Shown here: one piece after another, positions 26,474 through 37,745 of the stretch | How the letters are laid out: each line of letters starts with the position of its first letter | Position numbering within the stretch: position 1 is the first letter of the stretch | Source of the DNA: Priapulus caudatus | Lineage: Eukaryota | Length of the DNA stretch: 40,546 bases | Assembly: GCF_000485595.1 (NCBI RefSeq) | Contig: NW_014577077.1 | Span: 485,908-526,453 of the forward strand | Direction: 5' to 3' | Made by a program: the position numbers and the translations under genes | Notes under the pieces: model-generated | Seen by the model: only the letters and a program-made list of their open reading frames with translations | Databases searched by the model: none | Told to the model about the DNA's origin: nothing

Positions 26474-27703
26474 ATCACGGCGCGAAGGAAAGCATCAACT
26501 CGAATTACGCGCTGATTGTGTAAATTATTCTCGCTATGGAATTCATGGAGACAAGGCAAATCAGGCACAAAAAATTCTATGGCTAGCCGCGGCTGCCATT
26601 GATTGCTGTAGCTGCGAGTATATGAAGCAGGAGTTTGTGAGACGATGGGGACGCGCTCACATTTATATATATATCATGAATAGCTAATAAACACCGGGGT
26701 GTTTATTAGCTCTTGATATCATCGTATATGCTTGGCGGCAAAATTCAACCAGGGTTAATTAAGACACGGCTACGGCCACTTCCACCGCACGTCTTATGAT
26801 AATACGTGGAACAGCACGATCAACCACACACACACATGCACACACACACACACACACACACGCACACACACACACACGCACGCACGCACGCACACACGGA
26901 CATGCACACACACACACACACACACACGCACACACACACACACGCACGCACGCACGCACGCCCGGACATGCACACACGCACGCACACATACAGACTTTTA
27001 CACGCAAGCGGTGACCTTGAAGACAGGTAAAGCCATGTGAAGATCTGTGATACCACGTGATGGCGTGCTGTGCCGAGCAATGCATGAGATACACGACTGG
27101 CACGATTTTCTAGCTGATAGGCGAAGCTTAATCGAACATTGCACGCGCCAAATATTCGTTTTCTCAGATAACACGAAAAGGCAGGAATGACAAAAACGAA
27201 CGGCATTTATATGAACGTATGTTAGGTTTCAGCTTTCCATAGAATAAAATATCACAAGAATGAAACGGCATAAATTCTCCTAAAATAAAAAGAATCTCGA
27301 AAGTTATCCGTGACTATAAATGATTGCAATAACTTATTGTACCGATAGACGGTGTAATGCCATTGCCAGTTTACCGTTCCATAAACAGCAGTGAAATCAA
27401 AAGAATAACTGAATGCTACTGGGATAATACCTACTGGGATAAATTTTAGCCTCAAAAGCGTATCTCCGGCACGGAATATAAGACATATGCCGTCAAATGC
27501 AATACCAACCCAGATTCGAGTTTAATTACAGCCCAGCGAAATGAACGTGAAAAATTATCTGTGAAACTGGAAAGTTGCATCACCGCTGTAAAATATTTTT
27601 GCTTGCAACACCGTGATCAATATAGAACTATGCTAAGACCGATGCCATTGCTTACTCTTCCTGCCATGAAATGAAAACAAAGGTCGAATAACTGAAATCT
27701 CTC

Positions 27704-27760
<57 letters not shown>

Positions 27761-27818
27761 CTCTCTTTCTCTCCCCCCGCTTTCTCTCTTTATTTCTTTC
27801 TCTCTCGCGCTCTCGCTT

Positions 27819-27866
<48 letters not shown>

Positions 27867-28020
27867 ACACTGTCTTCCTGCCTGTCTCCCCTCTTTCTCT
27901 CTTTCTTTCTTTCTCTCGCGCGCTTTCTTGCTCTCACATTCGCTCTCCATTCTCCCCCTTCCTCTATCTCTCTGCCCTCTCTTTTGCTCTACCCCCCCCC
28001 TCTCTCTCTCTCGCTCTCTC
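26388..28020. repeat. Microsatellite cluster: (CT)n 26388-26469, (CA/CGCA)n ~26825-26990, (CT)-rich ~27700-28020
   Basis: Visible directly. Confidence 0.95.
26678..26715. mobile_element. 38-bp hairpin micro-element with 7-bp TSD ATATCAT
   Basis: ATATCAT|GAATAGCTAATAAACACC-GG-GGTGTTTATTAGCTCTTG|ATATCAT. Confidence 0.75.
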
Positions 28021-28442
28021 GCTGCTAAATTATTCATATGTAGGAAACCACGTGTGTATGTGTGCGCGAGTGTATGTGTGCGTGAGTGTATGTGTACATG
28101 CACCCGCGTGCGCGCGTGTGTGTCACTCATGATCGTAACCACAACACGTATAGAAGCGAAGCTATATCGAACTCAAATAAATCGTAATCCGCGTGTGATT
28201 TTTTCCGATTGATTGTTTACCATTGTACCCCCCCCCAATATAAAGCTGGCTACGGGCCTGGATACATACACAACTGTTAGGAGAAAATGTGTTGAAATTC
28301 CTACGATATTAGTGTCAAGTTCTTCATATAATCTATTCGCTATTCTTCGTCATATGATCTATATCACACCACCGTGTAGGTGTTCCAGTTACTAAGCTTT
28401 CGTTAATCTGTGTATTACCATTTAAGGAGTACTAATGAGATG

Positions 28443-28480
<38 letters not shown>

Positions 28481-28502
28481 CCTGATATATATATATATAT
28501 AT

Positions 28503-29192
28503 CAAGAGCGTATAAAGAAGGAGAGCGTACAACGGTGAAATGCTGAAACCATGTTGCAGTATTAGTTGAATTAATAAACTTTCGCCGTTTTATTTTTGCA
28601 GTATGATCAGCTGTCTTACCTTGTTAATATAAAACAAACCGCATGTCCCTACGATGCTCCTACGCCGAGATAATAAGCGGTGAAAATCTGGTATTTTCGC
28701 CAAAAACCGACTCGAGATCAGTGTTTACTGCGACTGTCTCTCGCTTTGAGATAACTTCGGGAAACCTCGCGTGTTTCCGTCAATGATCGATTGACAGATG
28801 GAATGAATGACGTCTGTTATTGATTGTCATAGTGATGACCCCCACCTGTGCCTACCTCACGCTGGATGTATGGTAATCTCTGTAGTACAGACGTGAGTCA
28901 GCGCTACCATGGCGCTGCACAGCGGCGACCGGAAGCAATACACTGGCCACAAAGCGAGAGACTGATCTCGAGTCCGTTTTCGGCGAAAATACCAGATTTT
29001 TACCGCTCCTTATCTCAGCGTAGGGGCATCGTAGGGACATGCGGTTTGTTTTATATTAACAAGGTAGGACAGCTGATCAATAATACGTCAAAGAATCGTC
29101 AATAAAACGGGGAAAGTTTATTAATTCAACTAATACTGCAACAGGGTTTCAGCATTTCACCGTTTTACGCTCTCCTTCTTTATACGCTCTTG
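28503..29192. mobile_element. 690-bp MITE with ~220-bp terminal inverted repeats (CAAGAGCG...CGCTCTTG) inserted in (AT)n
   Basis: 28503-28722 is the reverse complement of about 28961-29192 with few mismatches and one indel. Both flanks are (AT)n. Confidence 0.92.
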
Positions 29193-29864
29193 ATATATAT
29201 ATATATATATATGTCTCTCTCGCCCTCTCCCTCTCCCTCTCTCTCCCCCTCTCGCTTTCTCTCTCTCGCTCGCTCTCCCTCCCTCTTCCTGTGGTTGCAG
29301 ATAATATCGTGTGATTGTAATGCGCTAATATCCCGCCGTGGCAGCCTGCTGGGTTCGGCCATCACTGCCGGTGACTACCTTCACAGTATTGACACCTCTG
29401 TGCGGCTCCCTTATGAGGTCCTTTGTAGGCTACAGACAAATGCCACTTAGACACTCACCATCTGTTCTGTAAGCATCTACGTCAGGCACGACATGTAATT
29501 TCTGTTTAGGTATCCCTATTCGACACAGAAGATATCCTCGCATGTCAATTTGGCCACACATAGACGCGGGTTTCTGTATATGTGACATAATTTATGTTCA
29601 ATGCCAGCGGCTGCGCAGTGCGCCCATATTTGTGCAAAATTCCACGAATTTCGGTTTTAGCTGAAAAGTCGCCCGCATGAATTCAATTTATTGTCGATTT
29701 CCTTAAATCCATATATTTATTGAATGAACTAGGTCCAATCGATAAAATTAATATAGGGGAAGGAATAACAAATAGCGAACCACATTTTGATCTTCATAGC
29801 TTGGCTTAATTGTAGTTTACGCAAAGTGTAAAGTTGTATGGCGATTAACGATTTAGCAATTATA

Positions 29865-29948
29865 AACGGAACATATTAACGGAACAATATTAACGGAACA
29901 ATATTAACAACGGAACAATATAACAACGGAACAATATTAACGGAACAT
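29865..29948. repeat. Short ~14-bp tandem repeat AACGGAACAATATT, about 6 copies
   Basis: Visible directly. Confidence 0.85.
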
Positions 29949-29962
29949 GTTATCAATCCTAG

Positions 29963-30000
29963 CAAGAGCTAATAATACTATTAGGTATTATTAGCTCTTG
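29963..30000. mobile_element. 38-bp hairpin micro-element with 7-bp TSD ATCCTAG
   Basis: ATCCTAG|CAAGAGCTAATAATAC-TATTAG-GTATTATTAGCTCTTG|ATCCTAG; perfect 16-bp arms. Confidence 0.85.
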
Positions 30001-30282
30001 ATCCTAGTATAAGTGAAGACACTCGGCTAACCTCTACCCTTTAGTGACTGAAGTCAGAGGTGTCGACTGACTGAATGACATGAATTGACCCGTTCGAAGC
30101 TAGTCAAATGATGGCGGCACACGAACAAGGTATATGCTATAGCTTGCCTAAATATTGCGCGGTGAAAAACCAACATAACTGTCATGCTATGGCACCTACT
30201 CTGACCAAACAGCCGACCAAACCAGTGCACCCTAACACACACACACACGCGCGCGCGCGCACACACACAGACTATTCAATGC

Positions 30283-30632
30283 GGGTGTTGCTATCCCCCG
30301 GGCGTGGAGTGAGAGTCACGTGATACAGTTGACGTATACTTCAAAACGTATACGTATACGTTGACATACACGTAACTCCAACACTAAACTTAACACTAAA
30401 TAACTATATCTCGGAGCGCTATATGTAGGTGTATATATCCACAAAAATTAATCTATGGTGTGGGGACAGATATCATGATGCAAAAACTCTAACCCTAATC
30501 CTAACCATAACCCTAACCCTAACCTAATACTAATACTAATACTAATGCTAATAGTAATACTAATAATATTAATCCTAATACTAGTGCTGCCACGTTGCGG
30601 TCTCACTCGACGCCCGGGGGATAGCATTACCC
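30283..30632. mobile_element. 350-bp MITE with 9-bp TSD (Mutator/MULE-like), containing (CCCTAA)-like and (TAATAC)n repeats
   Basis: TSD ATTCAATGC at 30274-30282 and 30633-30641. TIRs GGGTGTTGCTATCCCCCGGGCGTGGAGTGAGA and TCTCACTCGACGCCCGGGGGATAGCATTACCC. Confidence 0.88.
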
Positions 30633-31104
30633 ATTCAATGCAAGATCATATTTTCGTCCTTGCAATAGCACTGGCATTATTTCCACGTGGTACGTTGCTA
30701 GTCTAGTGACGTCACCAGAACTGTGCGACCATGACGTCATCGTTGGTTTGACGGCAGCCGCGTCGAACATTCACAGTCGTTTACCGCGCTGACTTCACAA
30801 TCACATCGCGTTGTATTCGAATTATATCTATCGAGTTGTTTTTCGCATTATGCTTGCGCGTTGATATTTTGTGCTAATTCATTTCATCGGGTTACAGGCT
30901 CCCGAGTTACTAATGTGAACGAAACCTAACCGATTCCTGTGGATTATATAAGTTTGGTCATCACAAGAGAGCAAGTACATAAAATCGGCTTCATAAACAA
31001 TACGAAATGATTGCGAAACCAACATGAGATTATCGAAACGTTTTGCAACGACTGCTTTTTCCAAACCATTTACTTATCGTTTATGTTGTTATTGTTGCTG
31101 TGCT

Positions 31105-31158
<54 letters not shown>

Positions 31159-31905
31159 GACTTTTGTTCTTGCAGACGTCGAATCCCGTTCCCGAGCAGC
31201 CAACTGGTGTGAAATTACAATGGAGCCGGTTTGATTGAACTCACAGCCGCTGTTGGCACAATCCATCGCGTTCACTCTCGGCATGAATAAAATTTGACTT
31301 CCATTCTCGAGAGCAATGCAGGGTTTCAGAAGTGACGATAAAAGCATCGCAACTATAACCAAAAGCAGTGGAAACCAGTTGAGCCCTCCCTCCGCGCGCG
31401 TTCACAACGCACGAACACCCTCGACGCTAGAGAATGCTAGAGTTGGCTGAAAGAAAATTCACGCGTCGCTTTGGAAGGCGTTTCTGCACGATTGTTAGCT
31501 ACTGCGCGGTCGCTGAATAAATTGCGCGTGATTTGAGGAATTTCGCGATTGACGAATTAAAAATGCATGGCAGCTTTGTTCCTGCTTGGGTGAAGCGGAC
31601 GGAACTATGCAAATATCACAGCCCCGATCGTTTCTATGTGTGCCGACACAAAAGTTAGTGAATATCGTCTGTAGCAATGGGGAGCGAATCTTAAGTATAT
31701 GCACAGCCCACGCATCGTTCAAGAGTAAAGTGGTGACGTCACCGTAAAGAACACAAGCAATACTTTGCAGCTATGAATTTGAGGATGCATTTAGTGTTAA
31801 TAGTAATTATACGTTCTATGTAAAAAACGCAATTTCACTTCTCACTCGCAAAAATACTTCCATACAAGTGCCGCAGAGCGACAGCGCTCACTGACGTGTA
31901 CTGTA

Positions 31906-32477
31906 GCCGGGTAGCGAATTTGCGATTCCCAAACCGTATAGCTATGGAAGAAAAATTGAGCAACGTGATTGGCTAGAAAATGTTTTGGACGCGCCCACTA
32001 TCGCACGCACACCATCGCGCATTTTGCACAGGGGCTTATTTATTTTATTTCTTATTATTTTTGGCTAATTTTGTTTTATTTTCGAATTAGGGTTAGGGTT
32101 AGGGTTAGGGTTAGGGTTAGGGTTAGGGTTAGGGTTAGGGTTAGGGTTAACTGAGTTCTATATCGACGTGTTTCATATTTGTCTCAGTGGGTCAACGCTA
32201 GACCGTTCGCCTCGTGATCGTAAGGTACCGCGTTCGAACGCCATATGTTGTTTTTATTTTCCTCTGCGTTATGTATTTCTTTGTATTTTATTTGTTTCTG
32301 CATTTATTTGTTTTGTAACTTTTGTTTATGTTCTGAATTAAATATATTTCTTTATAATATTAGCTTATAATTTAATATATTAGCTTGTTGACTAATAATG
32401 CGTGTCCTAAAATTTTTCTAGCCAATCACGTTGCTCACGTTGCTATACGGTTTGGGAATCGCAAATTCGCAGCCGGG
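31906..32477. mobile_element. TA-flanked MITE with bipartite inverted repeats, carrying (TTAGGG)10 and a tRNA-like fragment
   Basis: GCGAATTTGCGATTCCCAAACCGTATAGC and TGAGCAACGTGATTGGCTAGAAAA both recur inverted at 32414-32470. TA lies on both sides. Confidence 0.85.
32087..32146 (+). repeat. Interstitial (TTAGGG)10
   Basis: Ten perfect TTAGGG units. Confidence 0.97.
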
Positions 32478-33594
32478 TATTCTTCTGATAAACTCACTGG
32501 CAACCGAATCAAGAGCACCCTCCCGCCACCGCGTTCGCGCTCATAGCATATATCTAGGATACTACTAACAGATCTAAAATCTATGATAGGCTTTGCTATA
32601 CCGGTAGTACAGTAATAAAGATACACCTGTGTACACGATAATGCTTTCACTAATATTAAAGTGTTATCTATGGATATAGCGTCGGGCGCGAGCGTAACGT
32701 GGTGGTGGTGGGAGGAGGGTGGGAGGGACAGGAGAGGCTCTAATAGGGCAACCGCAGTTCAGTCTTTGTTAACAGTCAACAAGAATCGCCTTGTTTTAGC
32801 CCCTCCTCTAAGGTTCAAAAGATTATCAGACACTTACTCTTCGCACGTCAGCGGAAAGCACATTTCATGCCTTTCAAAAAGTGATAAAAATGGTAGGTCA
32901 CACTGAAAACAAAAAGTTTTGCACTCGGTCGCGTTAAGACCATGCCTCTAAAAAATCTGAATCTGACTTTCCCCCCATCTGCCTTTGACGCTGTGACCTC
33001 CGAATTCGCGCTGGTGATGGTTTCCATGCCCGCAATCACATATCCATCGAATATAAGAGCGTAGGTCAACCGTTGAGACTTGTGCCGCAATTCCGTATTT
33101 CCTCCTATACCTTAAGTTAAGGGGGAAATATTCCCCCTCCATTGACACACCTTGATCCCGAGTCCTTTTCGCGACTCCCCCCCCCCGACGTCCCGAATAT
33201 CAAGACCGTACGTCGAGCGGTTAAGATTTGTGCCCAACTGTTGACGGACGCACGGACGGACAATCATGCGATTCTACAAGCTGCATCTGACTTCGTCAGC
33301 TGAGCCAAAAAAAGCGGCAATCATTGCCAACGGGTTGTTCACATCGATGCAAGCACGTTAGCTGGCTACTAGACGCATGGTGAACTCACATTGCTCTCAC
33401 ATTCAAGCGAGAAGTTATATCTCGCGTCCGGTCGGAGCACACAGCATGTCTTTACAGTACTAGATGGCCAGCACGACGTAATCTAGTGCACAGCCTAGTG
33501 CCTTTTACATCGAACTATTTTAATAAATATATGAATAGATAGTTACAACAAAATAACACACACGCGCACGCACGCACGCACGCACACGCACAAA

Positions 33595-33632
<38 letters not shown>

Positions 33633-33665
33633 AACACACACACATACACACACACACACACACAT

Positions 33666-33720
<55 letters not shown>

Positions 33721-33789
33721 CAAACACCACCACAACAGGTCTTCACGCAATGGCGACGTCGTCCACCGCGCCCCAACCCCCCTGCCCTA

Positions 33790-34140
33790 CATATGTACCA
33801 GCCCCACCCACCTTACATCTGTACCAGCCCCACCCTACCTTACATCTGTACCAGCCCCACCCTGCCTTACATCTAGACCAGCACCACCCTGCCTTATATC
33901 TGTACCAGCCCCACCCTGCCTTACATCTGTACCAGCCCCACCCTACCTTACATCTGTACCAGCCCCACCCTGCCTTACATCTGTACCAGCCCCACCCTGC
34001 CTTACATCTGTACCAGCCCCACCCTGCCTTACATCTGTACCAGCCCCACCCTGCCTTACATCTGTACCAGCCCCACCCTGCCTCACATCTGTACCAGCCC
34101 CACCCTGCCTCACATCTGTACCAGCCCCACCCTGCCTTAC
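33790..34140. repeat. 27-bp minisatellite CATCTGTACCAGCCCCACCCTGCCTTA, about 13 copies
   Basis: Visible directly; explains the 9-aa periodic ORFs on both strands. Confidence 0.95.
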
Positions 34141-35324
34141 ACCAGCATGAGGCTGGCATCCCTGAACCAGCAAGCGGCTCATCCTGACGAAACCATGTTG
34201 TGGCTTGACGCAGCGCATATCTAATGAAGGCCGAAACAAGTTCAGAAATTATTCATGCGATAACTAACAGACTGGCATCGTTCATTGATTTCTTGCCGAA
34301 CCGTGATGATTGAACTCCCACTGACAGGTCGGCACCGTGACCTCCATAGCTTCCCATGTAGACCAGCAGACCGCAAAGACATTCTAGATGTTCGCATCCA
34401 ACACAGCGCCCCCTGCTACAAGCAGCAGCGGCCCACACTCGCACTAGCTGTAATATTTATCACATAGGGTGAGAGTGTTTCCACGTAGCAGCCGCAGGAG
34501 ATTCTCAACGACCTAAGTAGTCTGTCGAAGCACAGCGCGGCAGAGGCTAAAGGCGTTCCAAGCGCGGGAACGAAAAAGAGTTTGACAGGCTACAACTTGG
34601 ACGAAATAGCACGACAGAAAGAGGACGAGAATTGATGAGGAGCAAACAAAAATGAATGCAAAATGTCCCGGGCGTCTATCCCGACCTGATTCAACAAGTT
34701 ATAGGATCAGTCTAGTGCAAAATTGCGTTCCAACCAAACATTGCAACTATAGTATACGAGCTTTAACATAAAACTACACTAATCAGGTAGCACAAATATA
34801 ACATTTTCCATCAGCCCTCTAGCACATATTTGGATTCCCTTCCCTCCTCGTCATTTAATTTCCCTTTCTTGACTATCGGTCTCCTAATCTCCATACCTAA
34901 GTCCTCAATCCACCTCCGCATTCACCCAATGGCTGCGCCCCCTCCCTACTCCTCCTGTGTGTAGCGGCGGCCGTGCTGACTAATGACACGCTCAGCCTGT
35001 TTGCATATTAATAAAGGTGTGATGAAACCGCCTCTATGCGAATCCATACGTTAGTTTGCGTACCTTTGTCAGCTATCGTGAGACCTCCCCCAGCATCCGC
35101 CACTTAGGTAATTAATACTAAACCAGCTTTGGAGTGAACAGCGCTAGCGATCGGAAGGTGAAGGGTTGCGCATGTTTTCTTAGCACTGCGTGTTCTATCA
35201 AAGGACTGCCAACAAACAGTGACCTACTGGTAAAAGCTATCGATCAGGTAGCTACATATAAAAAAAATATGATGGACAAACCTACAGACAGCTGGTTGCA
35301 TAAAATCAAAGGTGCGCCGCTCGT

Positions 35325-35325
<1 letters not shown>

Positions 35326-35380
<55 letters not shown>

Positions 35381-35582
35381 CACCCCCCACACGGGCCACA
35401 CGGCACACGCACACACGCACGCACGCACGCACACACACACACACACACACGCACACACACACACACACGCACACGCAGACACGCACACACGCACGCACAC
35501 ACACGCACGCACACACACACACCCACACCCACACACACGCACCCCACCCTCCAACACACGCACACACACACGCGCGCGCACA
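35326..35582. repeat. (CA)n/(CGCA)n compound microsatellite (similar tracts at ~12390-12520, ~33555-33720, ~39531-39640)
   Basis: Visible directly. Confidence 0.95.
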
Positions 35583-35860
35583 TGAATGCATGGGCACACA
35601 CGTATAGAAACACCCAAACGGGGCCTACATACACGCACGCACGCATACAGGTATACATTCCCGCACTCACGCACACGCGAACACCAACATAATTATACGT
35701 ATCGGGCTCATACGTACACCCATGCATCCAACCTTATTTACTCTCTCCCGTACAGCACTAATTCTCTAACTATTTCACACAGAGCCTCCCTGTCCAATTC
35801 TCTGCCCAATACATTTTCCCTGCCTATTATTTCTTCCCATACATCATGTCTCTCCCCTAA

Positions 35861-36005
35861 GCGATGTCACACACCCTGCACGCCTCTCATTAAATTGTCC
35901 CCAAGCGTTAAGTAAGCGCATGGGAATTCGTGCGAGGGAATGTAATAGGTGCGGATAACGTTTGGGGACAATTTAATGAGAGGCGTGCAGGGTGTGTGAC
36001 ATCGC
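35861..36005. mobile_element. 145-bp MITE with 50-bp TIRs (possibly PIF/Harbinger type)
   Basis: 35861-35910 and 35956-36005 are inverted with one mismatch. Flanks TAA/TCA form an imperfect 3-bp TSD. Confidence 0.8.
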
Positions 36006-36254
36006 TCACTCGTACGTATACTACACTCTACCATACACTGCCCTTTCTCTCGTACTGCACAACACATCCTCACCTCACCTTCACCCTCTTCACCCCATTC
36101 TACTTCTCCACACACCCCCTTGCTCTCTCCAACTGCATCAAACATCCACCTCACCACCCCTTTCCTCTCTACCACACACCCCTTCATTCTCAACTACATT
36201 AACACGCATCCTCCTCCTCCTCCTCCTCCGCACCCCTTCTACTCTATCACACAC

Positions 36255-36304
<50 letters not shown>

Positions 36305-37297
36305 CAATGCACAACATATCGCTATCCGCACACTGTTCCACTCTACCATACACACCCCTCGCTCTCTCCCGCCACACCACGCATCCTCATTCTCTTCCTC
36401 ACCCCTTCCACTCTACCATACGTACACCCGTTCACGTTCGCGCTTCTACGCACGTGCCTCCTCGCCCTTCGCGGAGCCCTTGCAGGCCTATATTAATTAT
36501 ACAACACTGCCATCGAAGCTTAACAACAGTTTACAATAAATAGCCTATTTAGACCGGTTAGTATAGACTGATATTCGTGTAAACATCGATATCGCACGAC
36601 GAGCAATACAAAGCAGCAGAAATATAACTATGATAGCACATCAACCGAGTAAGCCAGCAACAGTGCAGCTTAACCCTTTAATAGACGACGTCAGCTGCTA
36701 TTGTCTGCCTAACTCGCTATAATTAGACCGATGTTCTTGCTTCATTTCCAGAATTATAAGACGCATGCGTGGGTTTGATGCTTAAGCGGGTGACGTCAGT
36801 GACGCCATAATCACATAGCTTGTGTGCAACCAATGAGGAAAATCTAGGGCCTTAGTCACTAGCAAGCCGCAGCCAACTATTCCGACTGTTTAGTGGTCTC
36901 ACGCTGTACAACGGCCCTAACATTTGAAAGTTGGCTAATTACTACCCATGCTCAATGAAAGCTAACCCAAGCACCTGTCTCGGAAATTTCTGGCCACAAA
37001 TTTCTCTTTCAATCTTTAATGTCAATTTTCCCACTCTTACTCTCGATAACAAAAGCTTCAACCTTAATGAGTCTAGCACATTGATTTCGCCAAAACGTCT
37101 AATCACCTCAAATAAAAAATGACTACATACGTATACGGACTTTATGCCATCAGAAAAAACTGCGTGCTAATGCGAAAATAATCCCCACGCCTTTGAGAAA
37201 GCAAGGTTGTGGTTACTAGTGGTCACCATTAGTGCATGGTGCTTGCACTGGCGCTAGTGGATGAATATACGCCTAAACAACGTAAACTGAGGCGTAC

Positions 37298-37396
37298 CTG
37301 TATAAGCGTTGATGGAGACAGTGAGAATCACAGGCTGACCAACCCTGTAGCTGTTCTCTTCAGTCGATTTGCATACTTGGCCGTTAAGCGAGATCT
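37298..37396 (-). CDS. TRAPPC9: TRAPPC9 antepenultimate coding exon (99 nt, phase 1 to 1)
   Basis: Acceptor tttttttttattcttgcAG and donor CAG|gtacgc. Encodes (x)ISLNGQVCKSTEENSYRVGQPVILTVSINAYT, aligning without gaps to recalled human DVLVDGQPC...QVGDPVRLEV. Splices in frame to the 23591-23715 exon (G+AG=Glu). Absent from the ORF track. Confidence 0.88.
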
Positions 37397-37745
37397 CTGC
37401 AAGAATAAAAAAAAATGTTATTCCAGCGTTGTATATTAATTTGCATTAAAAAGTAATGACTAATAATTACAGACCCACATGATGGGCTGGGTCTAGTAAG
37501 ACATTCTGAACACTGTGATAATGCATAATTAATATAATAATATAATGAATATAATAATAGAACTGATTTCAAAGTGATATTATATATTAAATATTTAGCC
37601 AATCTTTGCAGCTTCCTCTATGATTGACCGCGGTAACGGTAAAGCACATCGCTTAGCAATATGAAATATTCCCCTTCTACAGACAGTCAAACACAGACAG
37701 ACGCACTTGTGCAGACATGCACCAACATCGAGAAGGTTTCCTCTT

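Larger units (their letters stand above)
31864..33308 (-). mobile_element. Helentron-type element, family A copy 2, interrupted by a nested MITE
   Basis: Same terminus ACAAGTGCCG..GAGCGACAGCGCTCA as copy 1. About 32770-33306 is homologous to 17155-17722. Ends in hairpin AGCTGCATCTGACTTCGTCAGCTGAGCC plus an A-run. Confidence 0.72.
23716..37297 (-). other. TRAPPC9: TRAPPC9 intron (13,582 nt, GT-AG, phase 1)
   Basis: Bounded by canonical sites; the spliced product aligns without gaps to the recalled ortholog. Confidence 0.8.

Noticed and set aside
29458..29516. Candidate minus-strand exon with a gtgag donor
   Set aside because: The peptide does not resemble TRAPPC9, and the flanking exons already align without gaps.
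32087..32146. (TTAGGG)10 as a real telomere or chromosome fusion site
   Set aside because: Short, single orientation, and enclosed by MITE inverted repeats within an intron.
32183..32241. Functional tRNA gene
   Set aside because: Only A/B-box-like motifs; acceptor and anticodon stems cannot be formed convincingly.
33743..34239. Periodic ORFs (LHLYQPHPA, AGWGWYRCK, VRQGGAGTD)
   Set aside because: A 27-bp stop-free unit is open in several frames on both strands; no gene structure.
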